Shown here: piece by piece, positions 46,001 through 54,638 of the stretch | Position numbering within the stretch: position 1 is the stretch's first letter | Layout of the letters: each line of letters opens with the position of its first letter | Source: Catajapyx aquilonaris | Lineage: Eukaryota | Reading direction: 5' to 3' | Assembly: GCA_000934665.2 (NCBI GenBank) | Contig: KZ538295.1 | Span: forward strand, 310,001 to 364,638 | Length of the DNA: 54,638 nt | Position numbers and translations under genes: made by a program | The notes under the pieces: model-generated | What the model was told of the DNA's origin: nothing | The model's database searches: none | What the model saw: the letters and a program-made list of their open reading frames with translations, nothing else

Positions 46001-48939
46001 AAGGTCTGGAAAAAAAATGTGCTTGAAACCTCTACACGTGTCCAATTTTCCATGGACATGCTCAACACTCTACTAAATGTACCTTTGCAGCCTCACTGCA
46101 TAGGCTTCACTATATGCTACAGATGAGAGCGTATAAAAGAGCACTTGAGGAATGGACGGATCGATTGCGCTGTGTGTGTGTGTGCTAAAGCCCTGCGGTT
46201 TCTTCATACAGCGCTTCATTTTTAATAATGACTGAACCTTAGGGGCGAGTGTAATTAGGAAGTATTATACTGGCAGTTTAAAAAAATTGCTAGTCCTCCA
46301 AGAAGGCGCTGATTTGCGTAACCCTTTGGGCGTAATTTTATATGACGAAAGCTATTATGCAATTATGCCTCGTAAACGTAAGGAGAAAGTAATGAGCACA
46401 CGAAATTCAATACGATAAATGACAATAGCGCAAGTCTGGATGAAAGGACGTTGTAGTATTACAGCACGAAAGGGCCTTTTGTTAACTTTGATATGCTGCA
46501 GAACAATAACTCGTGGCTTGGATCAGCAACAAAGAGAACATTTTCTTCCACGAAAAGTAGTTCTATCGAATCCTCAGATTATATTCTCCTCAATATTACA
46601 TTCACCGTATAGGAACAAAATGTCCTTTGTGTATTTTCTGACATGTTCTGTAACATCTGTACGTAATAAGGGCAAGATAACTGGATAACAACAATGCTTT
46701 GGGGACATGTCACATAAACTGCGCAAAAGCATCTTGGAGAGAAATAGACCAGAACAGTCTCCAACTTGACAAATGGTGCAAGAACTCTCTTTTTTTCATA
46801 TATGAAGCTTTTACGACGCACATATGAAGCATGAGACCAGCATCTAGACCGCAAAAAAAGAAACACTCATCTGAAGATGTTTCCGACCGCTTTTTCTTTG
46901 ATTCACTTCTCGACCCCCTGGAGATTCCACCTATATAAACTGAGCCCCCCCCCCCCCTAAATTCAGAGAAATAGGAACTGACTACATCCCCAGGAAAAAC
47001 AAATCAAACAAATGGCTCTCTGTCCAGATGCTCGCTCAAAAACACATCAATCCTTATAGTGTTTGCACAAAAAATTTACAAAAATAAAAATACCGGAAAC
47101 ACACATACTCAAAATGTCAACATTTATGGCCCAACCGTTATAAAATATTTAACTGCTATCTTCTCCTTCAAAAACTATTAAACATAAAACAGTAAGCTAA
47201 AAATCATCTCATTTAGAAGATTCCACTACTTGTCAAAAATATTCAGCTCAAAATAGACGGGCTAGCAATAGACTTAATAGGTTTGGAAACCCTTTCTTTA
47301 CTATCGGAACTAGGCAGCCTTTAATAAGTTCAGCTGATCCAAAGTGAGCAGCAATCAGTCCTATTTTGCATCCCGATTGATTATTCATCGATCACTCCCC
47401 CCACCCACTTCTTTCTACTAAATCCTTTCCCGCAACACAGTTTAGGTTTCCGTGTTCCTTGAAGACTAGTTAAGCGAATACTCTAGGGAATGAATGCCCT
47501 GGAATTATCGATTTTACCTGCTCCAAAGTGTGTGTGTGTAGATCTGAGCTCCTGTTATAGGAGGGGGGTTTGGGTTGCAACCTGTTGGAATGTGTGGCTC
47601 CAACTTCACAACAATGCCTTTCCAATTAGAGGCGACAAGGACATTGCATTGTGAAGAGCAACAGATGGTAGCAAAAATGTGGCTGTTCCATTGCCTGAGG
47701 TTACACGCTATGAGGGTTCAGAAAGAATGTGCGGTTTGGTTGCGGAAATGAGGCGCGGGGTTGCCTGGGAAAGGGCTTTGGGATAGGATCGGATTGAAAT
47801 GAGCGTTGTCAGGTCGGGTTACATTGACGCAAAATTTTCATACAAAAGGTGGGGTTCACACGGGTGTCGTTGTCGCTGTCTTTATAACAAAAGGACTATA
47901 AATAATTTCGACATATTAATGCACACAACACGATCAGTTTCATGTTGGCACTCGTTTGTTTGTCATCATCAATAAATAGGCCTCTGTATAATTATGCAGT
48001 AAATATTATTAAAAAATATATACCGGCAAGACTTCTTGCTACACGTTACAAATTGTAATATATTTAAATTTAAGTCAGCTACACTCCAATTTTTTTGGAT
48101 GTCTCATTGTTATTGTAATTAGAGCTACAACAATGGTGACATCCTTTGACCATTGCCAAAATACGATAAACATTAAACTTTAATTGGCGGGTTACTGTAC
48201 AACGGGTAAAGTACTAATTGAAGCTTAATTAGGTGCAGGAAACGCAAACTGTAATCCAACACTTAGATGGATTTACGTCAGTTTGTACTGTACAAAGTGC
48301 CTAACTTTCGCCGCAGTTACGTGTTTGCTGTAATATTATCACGAAAGTGATGTGACCTGTAATGAGATCTGAACAGTGTTGAAAGTTGAAGAGCAACTAT
48401 AAAAAAATCACGCCTGCATAATTTTTGCCTGTATTCATTAACCTACCTCATAAATTATTATTGAAGAATTTATTGATTTCGGTTGAGCAGCATTGCATCG
48501 AACATACCTATACAGACGTACAAATGCAACAGGTCGTGTAGTATAAGTGACAAAAAAAAAGTGCGGAAGAAATTACAAAAAGCACGCATATTCCCGACAC
48601 CGGAGATGAAGTTGCTGGTGTCGAGCACTGGAGAAAAACTTTTTGAGTAATTAGACCCCAACTTTTCACCTTTCCTCCTCACCGTTTCCACACTTTCGCG
48701 AATAAATTGCCCGACGATGTTGCTTCTGGCTTCTGATGCGTTTTCCTGTCCTCAAAGGAGCAGTCTCCCGTAATAAATCGATTACCATCACACGAACCCT
48801 ACAAGCCAGGTATTTGCACCTCCCCCTCCCCCATCCCCCTTCCATCAAGAAAATTGCATCTCACTCCCTCAATACAATATTCATGCACACTATACGTACA
48901 GAGTGCTTGCACTGTTCAAGTTTCCAGTTGAAAACTATG

Positions 48940-49076
48940 GACGAAATTGCCCTATACGGAATTACCCTGCACTGACTTACCCTGAACGAAATTACCCTGA
49001 ACGGAATTACCCTGCACGGACTTACCCTGCACGGACTTACCCTGAACGGACTTGCCCTGAACGGAATTACCCTGGA
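48940..49076. repeat. Minisatellite, ~9 copies of a 15-bp unit (AATTACCCTGAACGG)
   Basis: Direct tandem repeat; explains the YPERN/YPART repeats in ORF 48903-49163. Confidence 0.9.
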
Positions 49077-49120
49077 TGGTCGGAAATGGCCGGAATTATC
49101 CTAAAAATAACTGGAAAAAA

Positions 49121-49183
49121 CCTAGATTCGAACCCAGCATTTTCAATAATTATAACAGACTGAACGCCTAAACCAATCGCGAC
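49121..49183 (-). other. Degenerate tRNA-like A/B-box cassette
   Basis: Minus strand reads GTCGCGATTGGTTTAGGCG...GGGTTCGAATCT. Confidence 0.4.
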
Positions 49184-49270
49184 AAAAATTAGATTCACTT
49201 TTAATTGTCCGACCCTTAATTACTGAGCTGAATTAAAAACAGGTTTCACCTTCTAAAACTATTCAGTATT

Positions 49271-49600
49271 CAGTGTGCATTTCTTCACTCTAAAACATAT
49301 ATCAATAAAATTTTAACTCTATAAAGCACAGTTGGATCGATTTTAAGTCGAAAAGTGAACCGGTTGGAACTGGATTGAATATGTTTTTTTAAAGCAATAA
49401 ATCTGACTAACCATAACTTAAACGATTTTTTTTTCGAAAAAAAAGCAATAAAACTATTTAGTGTGCATTTCTTCACTCTAAAAAAAATATAAGTGAAATT
49501 TTAACTCTAAAACACAGTTGGAGCGAATTTTAGTTGAAAAGTGAACCTGTTTGAACTGGACTCAAATATAGGAAATATTGAATGATTTTTTTAAAAAGCA
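49271..49600. repeat. Tandem duplication, period ~189 bp
   Basis: AGTGTGCATTTCTTCACTCTAAAA...AATTTTAACTCTA...CACAGTTGGA...GAAAAGTGAACC...GAACTGGA occurs at ~49272 and ~49460. Confidence 0.85.
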
Positions 49601-50398
49601 AGTTACACTTGATTTTATTTTTTAAATTTCTACCAATTCTCACAATTTGAAGAGTAAAAAAAGACCAATTCAAATTGTGTGGTTGCCAGGGTGAACAATC
49701 CGCCTGAACTGAGCCAGCTTATTGTGTATCCAATTAGCACCCCCCCTCCATATCTCATTGCATGGTTAACCTAATCCGGGCCCCGCATTGTTGGCCTGGA
49801 GAGTGTCACATGTCGCATGCTACGCAGCAAGATCCGGACTTTGGAATAATCCGGGGTTAGGGATTAACCAAGCCCTTCAGTATGATCCTCACCTGTTGCT
49901 CCGAGGCGGGGCTTCGAAACCTCCGGAGCCCCGCCAACCGACTAGACTTGCTCCCGGACACGGCTGCGTCCGTCTAATTGTCCGGATTTTCTAAATAAAA
50001 AAAAGAAACCCCCGGAGATGACCCCGGAACAAACTGTTATTCACACGCCACAACAATGTGTCAGATGTTGACCCGCTGACTTGACCCTCCGGACGGCAGT
50101 AGCCAACATCCCTCTCTGTGCTTCACCCAAACCCGTATTGATCACTCACTGGCTGCTGCTGCTGCCCGGATGCTATTCTACCGACTCCGGGTGACGTCAC
50201 AGGCTGCGCTTGCCACTTTCGACGCGACCTCGCGCCACCAGCGGGGTCGGGGTCAGGTCACCGACCCTTACTCAGTTGAGGTCAACTGCCCACGAAGCTC
50301 ACACACAACAAAAAGTTTATTGGTTTCTCCGCCGACCGGATTTAGAACGAATCCTACAGAATTGGCTCGACGTGACTCTGTCCCTACACGTGTCGACC

Positions 50399-50614
50399 TA
50401 GAGTGTTTCAACTTTTTTGTCCGAACAGTTATCGGAAATATTGTACTATAAGAGCTGCTACTTTGTAAACAATGATTTTGCAACCTGTTTGTCGGAGGAA
50501 TGGGGAATATTCCCTGCGAATCTTAGGTTGAAGTATAGCATACACTGCTTACAAAGTAGCAGCTTAGTGTAATATTTCCGATAACTGTTCGGACAAAAAA
50601 GTTGAAACACCTTG
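50399..50614. mobile_element. MITE family A, copy 2 (opposite orientation to 3457-3669)
   Basis: Same TIRs; internal GTCGGAGGAATGGGGAATATTCCCTGCGAATCTTAGGTTGAA is the reverse complement of the copy 1 core. Confidence 0.82.
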
Positions 50615-50637
50615 TTTAGTTGTTAGTCTACCGTATA

Positions 50638-50844
50638 CAGGGTGGTCCAAGTTCAAGTGTCGTTTTATAACGGCGATTAATAGAAGCGCTTAACGATGAC
50701 GTAGCAGCGACGTGTAAAATTGCCCACTTCGATTGCACCGAAGATGCGCCGAAGTGGGACATTTTACGCGTCGCTGCTACGTCATCGCAAAATCACTGCT
50801 ATTAATCGCCGTTATAAAACGACACTTGAACTTGGACCACCCTG
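50638..50844. mobile_element. MITE family B (Tc1/mariner-like), near-complete palindrome with TA target duplication
   Basis: TA|CAGGGTGGTCCAAGTTCAAGTGTCGTTTTATAACGGCGATTAATAG ... exact reverse complement ...CCCTG|TA. Confidence 0.88.
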
Positions 50845-50939
50845 TATAGTTACCACAACAGGTTCACTCTCTACATGGCGGTCATGAAACACACGGACTC
50901 ATCAACTGGTTTACTACTATAATTTTTTTAAAAAAAAAT

Positions 50940-51225
50940 CGAGTGTTTTTCCACTCTATTTGAGTAATTTTCACATTTTTTTCTACTCGATTTGACTATC
51001 ACTTTTTTTTTAAAATGGAAATCACTCGATCACTCGAACTCAAACTGAGACATCATTTCAAGTTGACTGTATTTTCCGCTCAATTTATTGACCGAAATGA
51101 CAACTCAGATTTGAGCGAAAAACAACACAAATTGAGTGAAATGGGTTTCACTCTTCTTTCAAGCAATATATTGTCCACTCAATTTGAGTTAAAGTAACTC
51201 TTTGCGGAGCACAATTCACTCATAA
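50940..51225. repeat. Second copy of the GAGTG/CACTC-rich element
   Basis: Shares sequence blocks with 6905-7130. Confidence 0.55.
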
Positions 51226-54200
51226 ATGGACGGTGTTTTACAAGAATGCGTCAACCCACATTAGTTTTGAGAAAAAGGGTTTTGAAGGTCATACCTGTGA
51301 AATTAATTCATTGTTCTTTTTCGGTCATTTATGGCAGAAGTATGCAGATTTTGTCACCTTCACTTTAACTGAATGAAGTAGGCCTACTATCCCCTTTGGA
51401 TGTATGTTCCTGTGACATTTTTGTGGGTTGACCCATTATTGCATAACATCGTCCAAGTTTGCAACATTGCTCGTTTTTTTTGTGTGAAATTTTCACTGAA
51501 CATTTATAGAGATAGTCAAGAGAGAATCAACAGTTGTGATTGCTGTTTTAAGTGGTTGCTGGAGTGAACAATGCAGGAGTATACTTACTCTTAGCCGAAT
51601 CATTTTTAGTGTTCGTGGAGTGATTGTTAGCCTCCTTTTTCCTTCTTGAGTGGCCTACTACTAGTGGAAATCCAATATTTTCATATCCTAATTGCGTAAT
51701 TTATTTTGTGAAATTCGGTGTCGATTTGCGATTGGTTGCTTTTGAGGGATACAGATATCTTGATATATGTACAGTACTTCCGCACGAGTGGTTTTCCTTC
51801 CTGGCCGTATAATTTCCCGGTCCTAGAATTCCGACGCAGACTTCCGTCCTGTTGATTTCTCTGCAGAAACGCGTTCGGGTGTAATTACACACGGGTTGAG
51901 ACGGGAGGGGGGGGGGGGTGCCCGACAAGTGTTGTAATTACGTGCNGGGGGGTGCCCGACAAGTGTTGTAATTACGTGCTAGCTTGCCAGGACGTTTAGG
52001 AGCGGGTTTGATAACAGCCTGCTTTTTTGTGTGTACATGTATAGAAAAGGGCAGTGCTTGTTAAGGTTTATTTGATACGATCTTTGTGGCGGTCACTGGT
52101 GGAGAGGTTCTGAACTAGTGTGTGTTATCGCGGGAATGGAAATTGGGTAGCCTACTGGCAACAATAATTACCGAATTGCTTGCGTTAATTACCTCCATTT
52201 ATTAATGTGTCGAAATATTTACGATGCTCGAATATTAATTTTAATGGCTAATTTAATAATGCACCAAGTAATAATAGAATAACTGCAATAACACTGCAAC
52301 AAATTCATAATTAATTTTGGTTCATAATATGTCGTGATAAGTGTATGGAAAGCTACCAGACTAATATTAATTAACGGACTAACAGTAGCAAGCTTTGTTA
52401 ATGCGTTAAATCACTATAAATTTTAACGACTAATTAGGTTTGGTCACTCATCAAATCCCATGACTTCAGAAAAATAATTGTCAACTAATTCATCAGGGTT
52501 GTGTTAGTTATTACAGTAAAATAACAGGCCCAATAATAAATAATTATTTATACTTCTGTGTAATACTGTATATAATGGCGTAATGACTGTATGTATAATA
52601 CATCATATTAATAACAGCTACTTGGCTAATTAATCTCCCAACTGACAACAGACGTGACGTCCATTGCAGGACATAGCCTACATAAATTTATTGTAGATGA
52701 CTTCACCAATAATAATATTACTGCTTTTCACATGATCAAAATGCCACTCCTATACAGTACAGTGACCCATTACAATATTTTAATTAATTATAATATATTT
52801 ATAATTCTGGCAATTTATTCTGATTGGTTGATATGTTGAGTGACCAGCCAATATTATGAACAAGAAGAGACTGCTATAGATATTAACAAAACATGATGTG
52901 ATTAAAAAGTGATTGGTAAAAAGCAGACATAATTATAAATTTTTAAAACCATTGCTTGCTTTAAATCTCGCTTTTTGTACCTATCTATAAAAGCACATTG
53001 CAATAATGCAAAGCCATTTATCACCCCCCAGCATTGTATTGTGTTTGAAAGTGTGGCGCTCATGTGTACAATACGCTTGTCACGTCAATATACGCTTGGG
53101 AGCTAGATCAAACAGACGTTTCGCTCATGTAGAAAATAATACCATTTTGTTCTCTCTTTTTTCTCTCTCTCTTTCCATCCAGAACCAATGTTGATGACCT
53201 GGAGTCTAATGCCCTCCTGAAGAGGTCACGACCTTTTGAGAATCAATGCTATTCACGTCAGGTAGTAAGTCCCCTTTTATGTCTCCCAACTCCAAACTTT
53301 CCAGTCACTTTGTAGCGACAACTTTAACTACAGTACTTCGACTCTGGAGTTGCCAACGACAAGAATAATTGAAGGGACTGACTGTAAGAGCAGTAAAGTT
53401 GTCCTGTATAAAATTCCAGACACAATACTAGAATTAAAGTGCAGCAAATTAGCTATGATACTTTCTTTTAAAGTACAGGATGATTCAATTGAACTTTCAG
53501 ATTCGGTTCGCCATACAGGATCATAATTTGGTGCGTTAATGTGTTTTCATAACCTGACTTATCTACGTCGCCCGAGGCCATCGCATATATTGACCGGAAC
53601 CCAATCCCGGTCATAATTGTGCAGCCACTGGCTTCACTGTGAGCTACAATCGTCAAATAGAAGCCCCCCCATCTACAGCCTCTCAATCGTGCACAAACCG
53701 CCTCTCAATTTCCGGATCCGGATAGGTACGTGCAATTTGGAAGGGTCGAGTTTTTGGTTTCTCGACCGATCGTCTGGGGAGACTCATGTTACCACGTTTT
53801 AACGAAAAGGCAGAAAATAACCTTAGAAGACGCTCATGTTTCTAAAGTCATTTACATATAATAATCCCATTATGATCACACCAAAGAATAACTCGATCTA
53901 CTGAGTGTACAGGTTTTAACTAATTTTGCTTTTTCAATTAATAAAGTTTAGCTCTGATTTAATGGCCTGTTGTTAGAAAGTGTCATTTTGATGAAAGGCT
54001 CTTGTGCCTGATGGTCTAGTGATTGCTTACGTTTCATTACTTGCAGTGTTTTCGTAAGAGTTAGGTTATAGAGAAAGGCATCAGCAATATCCACAAGTGC
54101 AACAAGCAGATTGCGTTGCGAAAGTTCTAGCAGGTGCTATAGGATTATTAGAGCCTTTTATTGAGCCAATAATCCACCGTAGTGTAAAATCGTCTCACAT

Positions 54201-54638
54201 GCAATGCCGGTGTGCAGTTTGATAGTTGGGAAGATTATGCGGAGTCTACCTTATACAGTATAGAATATTATTATTAGAGCATAGGTGACCTTCGAGATGG
54301 CCACGTGTTAGTCTGTAACTTATGCAGTGCAAAATTATTTCATTTCATACGTCCTTGATGAAGTTATACCAGACGGTACTGTATCATCGCCGGTGTGGCT
54401 TGGGAAGCAAATATTAATTATTGAATTAATGACTAATCTAGGTCAAGCGAATGTGGGTCATCAACTTCAGTATATCGCCAGCACTTTTTAATCCACGTAA
54501 TTATGAATGTAAGCCTTGGCAGTGTGATAAAAACAATTATCTAAAAACACGCCTAGTGGAGCGTATCTTGAATCACATGGTGTTCCACTATGATCAGTTT
54601 AAAAAGTAGCAGAATGAATCAGCCTAATTACTTTGTGT

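Noticed and set aside
48903..49163. Repeat protein with YPERN/YPART units
   Set aside because: Simply the translation of the 15-bp minisatellite
51908..51980. Short tandem duplication GGGGGTGCCCGACAAGTGTTGTAATTACGTGC
   Set aside because: The identical copies are separated by an N next to a poly-G tract, so this is most likely a contig-join artefact (similar N in poly-G at 7934)

Overview
AT-rich animal genomic DNA, most likely arthropod (inferred from the protein sequences and the ~60-nt introns). It holds two convergent genes. (1) A complete SoxD-group HMG-box gene (Sox5/6/13, Sox102F type) on the + strand, with 7 coding exons over 6634-24227 giving ~879 aa. It has a coiled coil, a PLNLS motif, poly-Ala tracts, an intronless HMG box and a 14.4-kb intron with candidate regulatory clusters. 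(2) A 5'-incomplete synaptotagmin-family tandem-C2 gene on the - strand, with 6 exons over 43087-40039. It needs a GC-AG intron to stay in frame. The region between their 3' ends is dense in non-autonomous transposon relics: a Helitron-like element with a minisatellite, mariner/hAT/piggyBac-like fragments and three long inverted repeats of different ages. The most striking is a ~2.4-kb palindrome with ~1.05-kb arms, each carrying two inward-facing tRNA-like Pol III promoter cassettes. Exon boundaries and alignments were derived by eye; no database search was run.
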